A DNA stretch of 64,000 bases, from the NCBI RefSeq assembly GCF_003334405.1, contig NZ_QOWM01000005.1; one strand, written 5' to 3'. Below, piece by piece: positions 42,996 through 55,619 of this stretch; the first letter of the stretch is position 1; each line of letters opens with the position of its first letter. The position numbers were made by a program, and so were the translations under genes. A model generated the notes under the pieces. That model was not told where the DNA came from, ran no database searches, and saw nothing but the letters and a program-made list of their open reading frames with translations. The DNA is from Escherichia coli (lineage in GTDB: Bacteria; Pseudomonadota; Gammaproteobacteria; Enterobacterales; Enterobacteriaceae).

Positions 42996-44417
42996 ATGAT
43001 GAGCAAAATAAACCAAACGGATATCGATCGGTTGATTGAACTGGTCGGCGGGCGCGGCAATATTGCGACGGTGAGCCACTGTATTACTCGCCTGCGCTTT
43101 GTCCTCAACCAACCGGCCAATGCCAGACCGAAAGAAATTGAGCAACTCCCCATGGTGAAAGGCTGTTTCACCAATGCCGGGCAATTTCAGGTGGTGATTG
43201 GCACCAATGTGGGTGATTACTATCAAGCACTGATTGCGTCAACCGGACAGGCGCAGGTTGATAAAGAGCAGGTAAAAAAAGCTGCCCGGCAGAATATGAA
43301 ATGGCATGAGCAGTTGATCTCTCATTTCGCGGAGATCTTCTTCCCGTTGCTGCCCGCGTTGATTAGCGGCGGTTTGATCCTCGGTTTTCGCAATGTGATC
43401 GGCGATTTGCCCATGAGCAACGGTCAAACGCTGGCGCAAATGTACCCTTCCCTGCAAACGATCTACGATTTTCTGTGGTTGATCGGTGAAGCGATCTTCT
43501 TCTACCTGCCGGTCGGGATTTGCTGGTCAGCGGTGAAAAAAATGGGCGGCACGCCGATCCTCGGTATCGTGCTTGGCGTGACACTGGTTTCTCCACAGCT
43601 GATGAACGCTTATCTGCTCGGGCAGCAGCTGCCGGAAGTGTGGGACTTTGGCATGTTCAGCATCGCCAAAGTAGGCTATCAGGCGCAGGTGATCCCGGCA
43701 CTGTTAGCCGGACTGGCGCTGGGCGTTATTGAAACTCGCCTTAAACGCATCGTGCCGGATTACCTCTATCTGGTGGTGGTACCCGTCTGTTCGCTGATCC
43801 TCGCGGTGTTCCTCGCCCATGCGCTGATTGGTCCGTTTGGTCGCATGATTGGCGATGGCGTTGCCTTTGCGGTACGTCACCTGATGACCGGCAGCTTTGC
43901 TCCGATTGGTGCGGCATTGTTTGGCTTCCTGTACGCGCCGCTGGTGATCACCGGCGTACACCAGACCACCCTTGCTATTGATTTGCAGATGATTCAAAGC
44001 ATGGGTGGCACGCCAGTGTGGCCGCTGATTGCGCTGTCGAATATCGCTCAGGGCTCCGCCGTGATAGGCATTATCATTTCCAGCCGCAAGCACAATGAAC
44101 GCGAGATCTCCGTGCCTGCCGCTATCTCCGCCTGGCTTGGGGTCACTGAGCCTGCAATGTACGGCATCAACCTGAAATATCGCTTCCCGATGCTGTGCGC
44201 GATGATTGGTTCTGGTCTGGCAGGATTGCTATGCGGCCTGAACGGCGTTATGGCGAATGGCATCGGCGTAGGCGGCCTGCCGGGAATTCTCTCGATTCAA
44301 CCGAGCTACTGGCAGGTATTTGCGCTGGCAATGGCTATCGCCATCATCATCCCGATTGTACTCACCTCGTTTATCTATCAGCGGAAATACCGCCTGGGCA
44401 CGCTGGACATTGTTTAA
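42996..44417 (+). CDS. treB: PTS trehalose-specific EIIBC component
   Basis: 473-aa ORF with EIIB cysteine motif ATVSHCITRLRF and a hydrophobic EIIC domain. Confidence 0.95.
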   Translation: MMSKINQTDIDRLIELVGGRGNIATVSHCITRLRFVLNQPANARPKEIEQLPMVKGCFTNAGQFQVVIGTNVGDYYQALIASTGQAQVDKEQVKKAARQNMKWHEQLISHFAEIFFPLLPALISGGLILGFRNVIGDLPMSNGQTLAQMYPSLQTIYDFLWLIGEAIFFYLPVGICWSAVKKMGGTPILGIVLGVTLVSPQLMNAYLLGQQLPEVWDFGMFSIAKVGYQAQVIPALLAGLALGVIETRLKRIVPDYLYLVVVPVCSLILAVFLAHALIGPFGRMIGDGVAFAVRHLMTGSFAPIGAALFGFLYAPLVITGVHQTTLAIDLQMIQSMGGTPVWPLIALSNIAQGSAVIGIIISSRKHNEREISVPAAISAWLGVTEPAMYGINLKYRFPMLCAMIGSGLAGLLCGLNGVMANGIGVGGLPGILSIQPSYWQVFALAMAIAIIIPIVLTSFIYQRKYRLGTLDIV

Positions 44418-44466
44418 TTTTCTTCGGGGCGCAATTGCGCCCCCTCGCATTTGCAGGAATAACGTA

Positions 44467-46122
44467 ATGACTAATCTTCCCCACTGGTGGCAAAACGGCG
44501 TTATCTACCAGATTTATCCAAAGAGTTTTCAGGACACCACGGGTAGCGGCACCGGCGATTTACGTGGCGTTATCCAACGCCTGGACTATCTGCATAAACT
44601 GGGCGTTGATGCCATCTGGCTAACCCCCTTTTATGTCTCTCCCCAGGTCGATAACGGTTACGATGTAGCGAACTATACGGCGATTGATCCCACCTACGGC
44701 ACGCTGGACGATTTTGACGAACTGGTGACGCAGGCAAAATCGCGCGGGATTCGTATCATTCTCGATATGGTGTTTAACCATACCTCTACCCAACATGCCT
44801 GGTTTCGCGAGGCGCTGAACAAAGAAAGCCCTTACCGCCAGTTTTATATCTGGCGCGATGGCGAACCAGAAACGCCACCGAACAACTGGCGTTCAAAATT
44901 TGGCGGTAGTGCGTGGCGCTGGCATGCGGAAAGCGAACAGTACTATTTGCATCTCTTTGCACCAGAACAGGCGGATCTCAACTGGGAGAATCCAGCGGTA
45001 CGCGCAGAGCTGAAAAAAGTCTGTGAATTCTGGGCCGATCGTGGGGTCGACGGGTTGCGCCTGGATGTGGTGAATCTGATCTCCAAAGACCCGCGTTTCC
45101 CTGAAGACCTGGATGGCGACGGGCGTCGCTTCTACACCGACGGGCCACGAGCACACGAGTTTTTGCACGAGATGAACCGCGATGTGTTTACGCCACGCGG
45201 GTTAATGACCGTAGGTGAAATGTCCTCCACCAGCCTTGAGCATTGCCAGCGATACGCGGCACTGACAGGCAGTGAATTGTCGATGACCTTTAATTTTCAT
45301 CACCTGAAGGTCGATTATCCCGGTGGTGAAAAATGGACGCTGGCTAAACCTGACTTTGTGGCGTTGAAAACATTGTTCCGCCACTGGCAACAAGGAATGC
45401 ACAACGTGGCATGGAATGCCTTGTTCTGGTGTAACCACGATCAGCCGCGCATTGTTTCTCGCTTTGGTGATGAAGGTGAATACCGCGTGCCTGCGGCAAA
45501 AATGCTGGCGATGGTGCTGCATGGCATGCAGGGAACGCCGTATATCTACCAGGGCGAAGAGATTGGCATGACCAACCCGCATTTCACGCGCATTACTGAC
45601 TATCGCGACGTGGAGAGCCTCAATATGTTTGCCGAGCTGCGCAACGATGGGCGTGATGCCGACGAGTTATTGGCAATCCTCGCCAGTAAATCCCGTGACA
45701 ACAGTCGCACGCCCATGCAATGGAGCAACGGCGATAATGCCGGGTTTACGGCTGGCGAACCGTGGATTGGCCTGGGCGATAACTATCAACAAATCAACGT
45801 AGAAGCCGCGCTGGCCGATGATTCCTCGGTGTTTTACACCTACCAAAAGTTAATCGCACTGCGTAAGCAGGAAGCCATCCTGACATGGGGCAATTACCAG
45901 GATCTGCTGCCAAACAGCCCTGTATTGTGGTGCTATCGCCGTGAATGGAAGGGGCAAACCTTGCTGGTCATTGCCAACCTTAGCCGTGAGATCCAACCCT
46001 GGCAGCCAGGGCAAATGCGCGGCAACTGGCAGCTTGTGATGCATAACTACGAAGAAGCCTCACCACAACCCTGTGCCATGAATTTACGGCCTTTTGAGGC
46101 TGTCTGGTGGTTACAGAAGTAA
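44467..46122 (+). CDS. treC: Trehalose-6-phosphate hydrolase
   Basis: MTNLPHWWQNGVIYQIYPKSF..., GH13 motifs; start at the internal Met (ATG 44467). Confidence 0.95.
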   Translation: MTNLPHWWQNGVIYQIYPKSFQDTTGSGTGDLRGVIQRLDYLHKLGVDAIWLTPFYVSPQVDNGYDVANYTAIDPTYGTLDDFDELVTQAKSRGIRIILDMVFNHTSTQHAWFREALNKESPYRQFYIWRDGEPETPPNNWRSKFGGSAWRWHAESEQYYLHLFAPEQADLNWENPAVRAELKKVCEFWADRGVDGLRLDVVNLISKDPRFPEDLDGDGRRFYTDGPRAHEFLHEMNRDVFTPRGLMTVGEMSSTSLEHCQRYAALTGSELSMTFNFHHLKVDYPGGEKWTLAKPDFVALKTLFRHWQQGMHNVAWNALFWCNHDQPRIVSRFGDEGEYRVPAAKMLAMVLHGMQGTPYIYQGEEIGMTNPHFTRITDYRDVESLNMFAELRNDGRDADELLAILASKSRDNSRTPMQWSNGDNAGFTAGEPWIGLGDNYQQINVEAALADDSSVFYTYQKLIALRKQEAILTWGNYQDLLPNSPVLWCYRREWKGQTLLVIANLSREIQPWQPGQMRGNWQLVMHNYEEASPQPCAMNLRPFEAVWWLQK

Positions 46123-46515
46123 ATCTTCCCTAAGCCCCGGTAATGCCGGTCATTCCGGGGTTTTGTCTGTCAGCATGTTGTTTTTGTTGATTTTTCAACC
46201 AGCAAATTCATTAAAAAATTTACATAACGCTGTAGCGCCCGTCATCCGTACGCTCTGCTTTTTACTTTGAGCTACATCAAAAAAAGTTCAAACATCCTTG
46301 ATGCAAAGCACTATATATAGACTTTAAAATGCGTCCCAACCCAATATGTTGTATTAATCGACTATAATTGCTACTACAGCTCCCCACGAAAAAGGTGCGG
46401 CGTTGTGGATAAGCGGATGGCGATTGCGGAAAGCACCGGAAAACGAAACGAAAAAACCGGAAAACGCCTTTCCCAATTTCTGTGGATAACCTGTTCTTAA
46501 AAATATGGAGCGATC

Positions 46516-48654
46516 ATGACACCGCATGTGATGAAACGAGACGGCTGCAAAGTGCCGTTTAAATCAGAGCGCATCAAAGAAGCGATTCTGCGTGCAGCTA
46601 AAGCAGCGGAAGTCGATGATGCCGATTATTGCGCCACTGTTGCCGCGGTTGTCAGCGAGCAGATGCAGGGCCGCAACCAGGTGGATATCAATGAGATCCA
46701 GACCGCAGTTGAAAACCAGCTGATGTCGGGTCCATACAAACAACTGGCTCGTGCTTACATCGAGTACCGTCACGATCGCGACATTGAACGTGAAAAACGC
46801 GGTCGCCTGAACCAGGAGATCCGTGGTCTGGTCGAGCAGACCAACGCCTCGTTACTCAACGAAAACGCCAACAAAGACAGCAAGGTGATTCCAACCCAGC
46901 GCGACCTGCTGGCCGGGATCGTGGCTAAACACTATGCACGTCAGCACCTGCTGCCGCGTGACGTGGTGCAGGCACATGAGCGTGGCGATATTCACTATCA
47001 CGATCTCGATTACTCACCGTTTTTCCCGATGTTCAACTGCATGTTGATCGACCTGAAAGGCATGCTGACCCAGGGCTTTAAAATGGGGAACGCCGAGATT
47101 GAACCGCCGAAGTCGATCTCAACGGCAACCGCGGTAACTGCGCAGATTATTGCTCAGGTTGCCAGCCATATTTATGGCGGCACCACCATTAACCGTATCG
47201 ATGAAGTGCTGGCACCGTTTGTCACCGCCAGCTACAACAAACATCGCAAGACCGCAGAAGAGTGGAGCATCCCGGACGCAGAAGGCTACGCTAACTCTCG
47301 TACCATTAAAGAGTGCTACGATGCCTTCCAGTCGCTGGAGTACGAAGTAAACACCCTGCATACCGCCAACGGTCAAACGCCGTTTGTAACTTTTGGTTTT
47401 GGTCTGGGCACCAGCTGGGAATCGCGCCTGATTCAGGAATCTATCCTGCGTAACCGTATCGCAGGTCTCGGTAAAAACCGTAAAACTGCGGTGTTCCCGA
47501 AACTGGTGTTTGCGATTCGCGATGGTCTGAACCATAAAAAAGGCGATCCGAACTACGACATCAAACAGCTGGCGCTGGAGTGCGCAAGCAAGCGCATGTA
47601 TCCGGATATCCTGAACTACGATCAGGTAGTGAAAGTCACCGGTTCGTTTAAAACCCCGATGGGCTGCCGCAGCTTCCTCGGCGTGTGGGAAAATGAAAAC
47701 GGCGAGCAGATCCACGATGGTCGTAACAACCTCGGCGTGATCAGCCTGAACCTGCCGCGTATTGCTCTGGAAGCAAAAGGCGATGAAGCCACCTTCTGGA
47801 AGCTGCTGGATGAACGTCTGGTGCTGGCACGTAAGGCGCTGATGACCCGTATCGCTCGTCTCGAAGGCGTGAAAGCGCGCGTGGCCCCGATCCTCTATAT
47901 GGAAGGTGCTTGTGGCGTGCGTCTCAATGCTGACGATGATGTTTCTGAAATCTTCAAAAACGGTCGTGCGTCTATTTCGCTGGGTTACATCGGCATCCAC
48001 GAAACCATTAACGCGCTGTTCGGCGGCGAGCATGTTTACGACAACGAGCAGCTTCGCGCGAAAGGTATCGCCATTGTTGAACGTCTGCGTCAGGCAGTGG
48101 ATCAGTGGAAAGAAGAAACGGGTTATGGTTTCAGTCTCTACAGCACGCCGAGTGAAAACCTGTGCGACCGCTTCTGCCGTCTCGATACTGCTGAGTTTGG
48201 CGTGGTGCCGGGCGTGACCGATAAAGGTTACTACACCAACAGTTTCCACCTCGATGTGGAGAAGAAGGTGAACCCGTACGACAAGATCGACTTTGAAGCG
48301 CCTTACCCGCCGCTGGCGAACGGTGGTTTCATTTGCTACGGCGAGTATCCAAACATTCAGCACAACCTGAAGGCGCTGGAAGATGTCTGGGATTACAGCT
48401 ATCAGCATGTACCGTATTACGGCACCAATACACCGATTGATGAGTGCTACGAGTGTGGCTTTACCGGTGAGTTCGAGTGCACCAGCAAAGGCTTCACTTG
48501 CCCGAAATGTGGTAACCATGACGCCTCCCGTGTGTCGGTAACTCGCCGCGTGTGCGGATATTTAGGTAGCCCGGATGCACGTCCATTTAACGCCGGTAAG
48601 CAGGAAGAAGTTAAGCGCCGCGTTAAACATTTGGGAAATGGGCAGATAGGTTAA
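46516..48654 (+). CDS. nrdD: Anaerobic ribonucleoside-triphosphate reductase
   Basis: 712-aa ORF with C-terminal glycyl-radical region and zinc-ribbon cysteines. Confidence 0.96.
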   Translation: MTPHVMKRDGCKVPFKSERIKEAILRAAKAAEVDDADYCATVAAVVSEQMQGRNQVDINEIQTAVENQLMSGPYKQLARAYIEYRHDRDIEREKRGRLNQEIRGLVEQTNASLLNENANKDSKVIPTQRDLLAGIVAKHYARQHLLPRDVVQAHERGDIHYHDLDYSPFFPMFNCMLIDLKGMLTQGFKMGNAEIEPPKSISTATAVTAQIIAQVASHIYGGTTINRIDEVLAPFVTASYNKHRKTAEEWSIPDAEGYANSRTIKECYDAFQSLEYEVNTLHTANGQTPFVTFGFGLGTSWESRLIQESILRNRIAGLGKNRKTAVFPKLVFAIRDGLNHKKGDPNYDIKQLALECASKRMYPDILNYDQVVKVTGSFKTPMGCRSFLGVWENENGEQIHDGRNNLGVISLNLPRIALEAKGDEATFWKLLDERLVLARKALMTRIARLEGVKARVAPILYMEGACGVRLNADDDVSEIFKNGRASISLGYIGIHETINALFGGEHVYDNEQLRAKGIAIVERLRQAVDQWKEETGYGFSLYSTPSENLCDRFCRLDTAEFGVVPGVTDKGYYTNSFHLDVEKKVNPYDKIDFEAPYPPLANGGFICYGEYPNIQHNLKALEDVWDYSYQHVPYYGTNTPIDECYECGFTGEFECTSKGFTCPKCGNHDASRVSVTRRVCGYLGSPDARPFNAGKQEEVKRRVKHLGNGQIG

Positions 48655-48667
48655 TCTTCACTCTACG

Positions 48668-48790
<123 letters not shown>

Positions 48791-48811
48791 ACTGATAAGC
48801 CAGGCGAAATA

Positions 48812-49276
48812 ATGAATTATCATCAGTACTATCCTGTCGACATCGTCAACGGCCCCGGCACTCGCTGCACCCTGTTTGTCTCCGGGTGTGTTCATGAATG
48901 CCCCGGTTGCTATAACAAAAGCACATGGCGGGTAAATTCTGGTCAGCCATTTACCAAAGCAATGGAAGACCAGATCATTAACGATCTGAATGACACTCGT
49001 ATCAAACGCCAGGGGATTTCCCTCTCCGGCGGCGATCCGCTGCATCCGCAAAACGTGCCGGATATTCTGAAACTGGTAAAACGCATCCGCGCCGAGTGTC
49101 CGGATAAAGACATCTGGGTGTGGACAGGCTATAAACTCGACGATCTCAACGCTGCGCAAATGCAGGTTGTTGATTTGATTAACGTACTGGTCGACGGCAA
49201 ATTTGTGCAGGATTTAAAAGACCCTTCCCTGATCTGGCGCGGCAGCAGCAATCAGGTGGTGCATCATTTGCGATGA
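48812..49276 (+). CDS. nrdG: Anaerobic RNR activating enzyme (radical SAM)
   Basis: 154-aa ORF with cysteine motif CVHECPGC. Confidence 0.95.
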   Translation: MNYHQYYPVDIVNGPGTRCTLFVSGCVHECPGCYNKSTWRVNSGQPFTKAMEDQIINDLNDTRIKRQGISLSGGDPLHPQNVPDILKLVKRIRAECPDKDIWVWTGYKLDDLNAAQMQVVDLINVLVDGKFVQDLKDPSLIWRGSSNQVVHHLR

Positions 49277-49320
49277 TAAGTTCCCTGTTACCTGAGTGCA
49301 GGCAACAGGGAAATGAGGAA

Positions 49321-49710
<390 letters not shown>

Positions 49711-49889
49711 TCACTTCCTTTTTTATTTACACTTCATCCTTCACACTGCCTCATCGACGGCTACGCTCATTCGCCCGGGTCACGTACTGCGAGTACGCTC
49801 CCCGGCCCTCATTCACTTTCCGTCTCGATGCAGTGCGAATGATTTTGTGTAATTTTTTAGTTTATAGCGCGGCAGGTCGCGCCAGTTTT

Positions 49890-51242
49890 TTACTGCCCGG
49901 CGATTTTCATCTCCGGCAACAGCACAGAACCACACTGTATATTACTGCGTGTTTCAATATCGTTACCGACGGTGACAATATTGCGCCACATATCTTTTAA
50001 ATTACCTGCGATGGTGATTTCGCTAACCGGATACTGAATTTCGCCATTCTCTACCCAGAAGCCCGCTGCACCACGGGAATAATCACCGGTAATGGCACTC
50101 ACGCCCTGGCCCATCAGCTCCGTCACCACCAGCCCGGTACCCATCTCTTTGAGCATTTGTTCGAAGCTTAGCCCTTGTCCGGCAATCCGCCAGTTGTGAA
50201 TACCGCCCGCATGTCCGGTGCTTTTCAGCCCCAGTTTCCGCGCCGAGTAGCTGGTCAGCAGCCACTGAGTCAGGATGCCATCTTTAATAATATCGCGACG
50301 CTCGGTGCGCACACCTTCGCTGTCAAATGGCGTCGATGCCAGCCCTTTCAGCAGATGCGGATGCTCTTCAATGGTCAGCCAGTCCGGCAGAATTTGTTTA
50401 CCCAGCGAATCCAGCAGGAAGGTGGATTTACGGTAAACCGATCCACCCGCTATCGCCCCCACCAGATGGCCAAAAAGCCCGGTTGCCACTTCATTGGCAA
50501 AAATGACCGGCGCTTTCATGGTGGAGAGTTTACGCGGTGACAGGCGCGATAAAGTACGGCGAGCACAGTCGGCCCCAACCCACTCTGGCGTTTGCAGATC
50601 GCTCATCGCACGACCAATGGTGTAGGCGTAATCACGCTCCATATCGCCATTTTCTTCGGCAATTACACAGCTGGAGAGCGAATGACGCGTTGAGCAGTAA
50701 CCCTGCAACATGCCGTGGCTGTTGCCAAAAACTTTGACACCGTAGTGGCTGTTAAAGCTGCCACCTTCGGTATTGGTGATGCGTTTGTCCGCCTGCAATG
50801 CCGCCTGTTCTGCGCGGGCCGCCAGTTCAATGGCTTCATCCGGGGAAACTTCCGCAGGGTGGAACAAGTCGAGATCTGGTGCGTCAAAGGCCAGCAGCTC
50901 TTTGTCTGCCACGCCGGCACAGGGATCTGGCGAGGTATAACGGGCAATATCCAGCGCCGCCTGTACAGTACGGGCAATGGCCTGCGGGCTTAAATCGGTG
51001 GATGATGCGCTACCTTTGCGGTTCTGGTGATAAACAGTGATCCCCAGCGCGCCATCGCTATTGAATTCAACATTCTCCACTTCACCATAACGCGTGCTTA
51101 CGCTAATGCCGGTGGTCTTGCTGACGGCAACTTCCGCACCGTCCGATTTGCCTGAGGCCAACTCCAGCGCAGTGGAAACTGCTTCTTCCAGAATCTTGCG
51201 CTGCGCTTCAACTTGAGAGATTACTTTCATTGCAAGTGCCAT
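49890..51242 (-). CDS. pmbA: Metalloprotease PmbA (TldE)
   Basis: 450-aa ORF at the conserved K-12 position. Confidence 0.93.
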
Positions 51243-51336
51243 AATGTAGAGAGTTTCTCTGAAGTCTAACAGAGAACCGTTTTTCAGTGCGCATCTTAAC
51301 TGGTAACATTAGCCTCTTTTTTTTAAGGAGCCTGAG

Positions 51337-51888
51337 ATGACTAAGCAGCCCGAAGACTGGCTCGACGACGTTCCCGGTGATGACATCGAAGACGAAGACG
51401 ATGAAATTATCTGGGTCAGTAAAAGTGAAATTAAACGTGATGCCGAGGAGCTAAAACGCCTTGGCGCGGAAATTGTTGATCTGGGGAAAAACGCGCTGGA
51501 TAAGATCCCGTTAGATGCGGATCTGCGCGCGGCTATTGAGCTCGCCCAGCGTATTAAGATGGAAGGTCGCCGCCGCCAGTTGCAGCTCATCGGTAAGATG
51601 CTGCGCCAGCGCGACGTAGAGCCTATTCGTCAGGCGCTGGATAAGCTGAAAAACCGTCACAACCAGCAGGTGGTGCTGTTCCATAAACTGGAAAACCTGC
51701 GCGATCGTCTGATCGATCAAGGTGATGACGCCATCGCTGAGGTATTAAATCTGTGGCCCGATGCCGATCGTCAGCAACTGCGTACTCTGATCCGCAACGC
51801 GAAGAAAGAGAAAGAAGGGAATAAGCCGCCGAAATCCGCACGCCAGATTTTCCAGTATCTGCGCGAACTGGCGGAGAATGAAGGGTAA
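51337..51888 (+). CDS. yjgA: Ribosome-associated protein YjgA (DUF615)
   Basis: 183-aa ORF. Confidence 0.9.
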
Positions 51889-51904
51889 TTTTCGTTGTTG
51901 ATGT

Positions 51905-52020
51905 GAGTATGGTTTGCCGGATGCGGTGCACCTGTAGGCCTGATAAGACGCATCAAGCGTCGCATCAGGCACTATGCTCAAATGCCGGATGCGGCGTGAA
52001 CGCCTTATCCGGCCTACGCA
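51905..52020. repeat. REP/BIME element
   Basis: GCCGGATGCGGTG...GCCTGATAAGACGCATCAAGCGTCGCATCAGGC...GCCGGATGCGGCGTGAACGCCTTATCCGGCCTACG. Confidence 0.8.
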
Positions 52021-52043
52021 CACTATATCAGGCTAAGGCCGAA

Positions 52044-53417
52044 TTACTGCGCGGCTTCCGCCTTCTTCGCCAGACCATCCAGCAGTTTCTGATGGATCCC
52101 ACCAAAACCGCCGTTGCTCATCACCAGAATATGGTCGCCAGGCTGAGCGGTTTTCACCACCATATCTGCCAGCGTATCCACATCGCCACTCCAGTGTGCA
52201 GGCTGAACGCAGGCTTCTGCCACTTCTGCCACCTGCCACGGAATATGCGCCGGTTGCAGCAGGAAGACTTCATCGGCACGACCTAATGAAGGTGCCAGAT
52301 CGTCTTTGCAGATCCCCATTTTCATGGTATTCGAGCGCGGTTCCAGCACGGCAATAATGCGCGCCGTACCGCCAACTTTGCCACGCAGCGCCGCAAGCGT
52401 TGCCAGAATCGCCGTTGGGTGATGGGCAAAATCGTCATATACCGTGACGCCATTCGCTTCACCACGCAACTCCAGACGGCGACGAGCGTTAATAAACGAA
52501 CCCAGCGCGTTAGCGGCATCTGCCGGCGCTACACCAACATGGCGAGCCGCCGCAATCGCCATCAGGCCATTGTGCATATTATGTTCGCCTACCAGCGACC
52601 ATTTCACTTCGCCCACTTTTTCGCCATCCAGCAAAACTTCCCATTCGGAAGCATCGGTGGTCAGCTTTTTCGCCTGCCAGTGCCCCTGCTCACCCACCAG
52701 CTCCTGCTCGCTCCAGCAGCCCATCGCCATGGTCTGTTTCAGGTTGATGTCGTTTTCTGGCCAGATAATACGGCCCTGCCCCGGAACGATACGCACCAGA
52801 TGGTGGAACTGTTTCTGGATCGCTTTCAGGTCGTCAAAGATATCGGCGTGATCGAACTCAAGGTTGTTGAGGATCAGCGTACGTGGGCAGTAATGGACAA
52901 ATTTAGAGCGTTTGTCGAAGAAGGCGCAGTCATACTCATCCGCTTCGATAACAAAGAAGTCGCTTTCGCCCAGACGCGCCGAAACCTCAAAGTTCCCCGG
53001 CACACCGCCGATCACAAATCCCGGTTTGTAACCGCACTGTTCCAGAATCCAGGTTGCCATTCCCGCGGTGGTGGTTTTGCCATGTGTACCGGCAACGGCC
53101 AGCACCCAGCGGTCGCGCAGCACAAAATCGTGCAGCCACTGTGGACCTGACATATAAGGGATGTTTTTTTCCAGTACCGCTTCCACACACGGATTTCCAC
53201 GGGTCATGGCGTTGCCAATAATCACCAGATCCGGCTGCGGATCGAGCTGGCTGGCATCGTAACCCTGAATCAGTTCAATGCCTTGCTTCTCAAGTAAGGT
53301 GCTCATCGGCGGATACACATTGGCGTCCGAACCCGTTACTTCATGGCCTAACTGGCGCGCCAGCATCGCCAGACCGCCCATAAACGTGCCACAAATTCCT
53401 AAAATATGAATGCGCAT
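52044..53417 (-). CDS. mpl: UDP-N-acetylmuramate:L-alanyl-gamma-D-glutamyl-meso-DAP ligase
   Basis: 457-aa Mur-ligase-family ORF (GTHGKTTT). Confidence 0.95.
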
Positions 53418-53592
53418 ACGTCACTATCCTTTTTTAATCTGCCGCTCATTTTACGCATATGTCGGGCAAGTGAGAAACGCATTTCAGGATAATCCGCAAT
53501 TTGCTGGCGCGATTCACCTGAGCGCAACATTGAGATTATTTGTTAAGATTGTTGCGGTCGCTTTACTCCATAAACATTGCAGGGAAAGTTTT

Positions 53593-54591
53593 ATGAAAAC
53601 GTTAGGTGAATTTATTGTCGAAAAGCAGCACGAGTTTTCTCATGCTACCGGTGAGCTCACTGCTTTGCTGTCGGCAATAAAACTGGGCGCCAAGATTATC
53701 CATCGCGATATCAACAAAGCAGGACTGGTTGATATCCTGGGTGCCAGCGGTGCTGAGAACGTGCAGGGCGAGGTTCAGCAGAAACTCGACTTGTTCGCTA
53801 ATGAAAAACTGAAAGCCGCACTGAAAGCACGCGATATCGTTGCGGGCATTGCCTCTGAAGAAGAAGATGAGATTGTCGTCTTTGAAGGCTGTGAACACGC
53901 AAAATACGTGGTGCTGATGGACCCACTGGATGGCTCGTCCAACATCGATGTTAACGTCTCTGTCGGTACCATTTTCTCCATCTACCGCCGCGTTACGCCT
54001 GTTGGCACGCCGGTAACGGAAGAAGATTTCCTCCAGCCTGGTAACAAACAGGTTGCGGCAGGTTACGTGGTATACGGCTCCTCTACCATGCTGGTTTACA
54101 CCACCGGATGCGGTGTTCACGCCTTTACTTACGATCCTTCGCTGGGCGTTTTCTGTCTGTGCCAGGAACGGATGCGCTTCCCGGAGAAAGGCAAAACCTA
54201 CTCCATCAACGAAGGAAACTACATTAAGTTTCCGAACGGGGTGAAGAAGTACATTAAATTCTGCCAGGAAGAAGATAAGTCCACCAACCGCCCTTATACC
54301 TCACGTTATATCGGTTCACTGGTCGCGGATTTCCACCGTAACCTGCTGAAAGGCGGTATTTATCTCTACCCAAGCACCGCCAGCCACCCGGACGGCAAAC
54401 TGCGTTTGCTGTATGAGTGCAACCCGATGGCATTCCTGGCGGAACAAGCGGGCGGTAAAGCGAGCGATGGCAAAGAGCGTATTCTGGATATCATCCCGGA
54501 AACTCTGCACCAGCGCCGTTCGTTCTTTGTCGGCAACGACCATATGGTTGAAGATGTCGAACGCTTTATCCGTGAGTTCCCGGACGCGTAA
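53593..54591 (+). CDS. fbp: Fructose-1,6-bisphosphatase class 1
   Basis: [23 protein letters not shown]...; start at the internal Met (ATG 53593). Confidence 0.95.
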
Positions 54592-54597
54592 TCTCCT

Positions 54598-54626
54598 GCG
54601 CCTCTCCACACGGAGAGGCGTTTTTA
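54598..54626 (+). terminator. fbp terminator
   Basis: Hairpin GCGCCTCTCC-ACAC-GGAGAGGCG followed by TTTTT. Confidence 0.7.
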
Positions 54627-55619
54627 TCGCTGCGCAATGTTGACTCTTGTCACAGGCGAACTCTGACGATTCTCCCACAGCACCGTTAATCCACGCTGTA
54701 ATGCTATAAAAATAAATAACAAAATACCGATGGCGATTTTCGTCCACCATGAGCTCAGCGTGCCATCAAAGTTGATATAAGTCTGTATTAGCCCCTGAAT
54801 CGCCACGCCAAAAAGCGTCCCTAATACCGTTCCAACGCCACCGCTCAGAAGCGTACCGCCAATTACCACTGAGGCGATAGCATCCAGTTCCACACCTACG
54901 CCCGCCAGCGCATATCCGGCCTGGGTATAAATCGAGAAGACAATCCCCGCCAGCGTTGCCAGTCCGGTGGAGAGCATATAAATGCGAATAGTGGTGCTGC
55001 GAGTGGAAATCCCCATCAGGTTCGCCGACGTTGCGTTGCCGCCAATGGCGTATACCTGATTACCAAAACGGGTACGATGCGCGAGGAAAATACCGATAAC
55101 CACCACCGCCAACATCAGCAGTCCCATCGCACTTAAGCGACCGCCGCCAGGGATTTTCCACGCAAGGCTTGAGAGCGTGTCATAAATGGGATGGTTTATC
55201 GGAATCGACTCTTCCGAAACGAGATAGCTGACACCGCGCAAAAAGAACATCCCCGCCAGGGTAATGATAAATGCCGGGATCTTCAGGGCGTCGATCAAAA
55301 GCCCCATAAATGCGCCGAAGGCACAGCCCATCACCAGCACTAGCGGAAACGCCAGTAGCGGCGAGAGGCCGAAATCGCCAATCACTTTTGCCAGAAACAC
55401 GCCAGTAAAGGCGATCACCGAACCGACGGAGAGATCGATCCCACCGGAGAGGATCACAAAGGTCATGCCAACGGCAATGATCCCAAGAAAGGCGTTATCG
55501 GTCAGGATATTGCAGATCACTCTTGTGGAAGCAAAACCGGGAAACTGGGTCAGGCAGTAAAGATAACCCAACACAAAGACGCCGATGGTGATCATCAGTG
55601 GCAAATTACGTTTTATCAC
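54624..55619 (-). CDS. yjfF: Sugar ABC transporter permease
   Basis: 331-aa hydrophobic ORF. Confidence 0.9.
   Translation of the reverse strand: MIKRNLPLMITIGVFVLGYLYCLTQFPGFASTRVICNILTDNAFLGIIAVGMTFVILSGGIDLSVGSVIAFTGVFLAKVIGDFGLSPLLAFPLVLVMGCAFGAFMGLLIDALKIPAFIITLAGMFFLRGVSYLVSEESIPINHPIYDTLSSLAWKIPGGGRLSAMGLLMLAVVVIGIFLAHRTRFGNQVYAIGGNATSANLMGISTRSTTIRIYMLSTGLATLAGIVFSIYTQAGYALAGVGVELDAIASVVIGGTLLSGGVGTVLGTLFGVAIQGLIQTYINFDGTLSSWWTKIAIGILLFIFIALQRGLTVLWENRQSSPVTRVNIAQR

Noticed and set aside
46123-46515. FNR-binding sites upstream of nrdD
   Set aside because: Expected biologically, but I could not find a clean TTGAT-N4-ATCAA match by eye, so no coordinates are reported.
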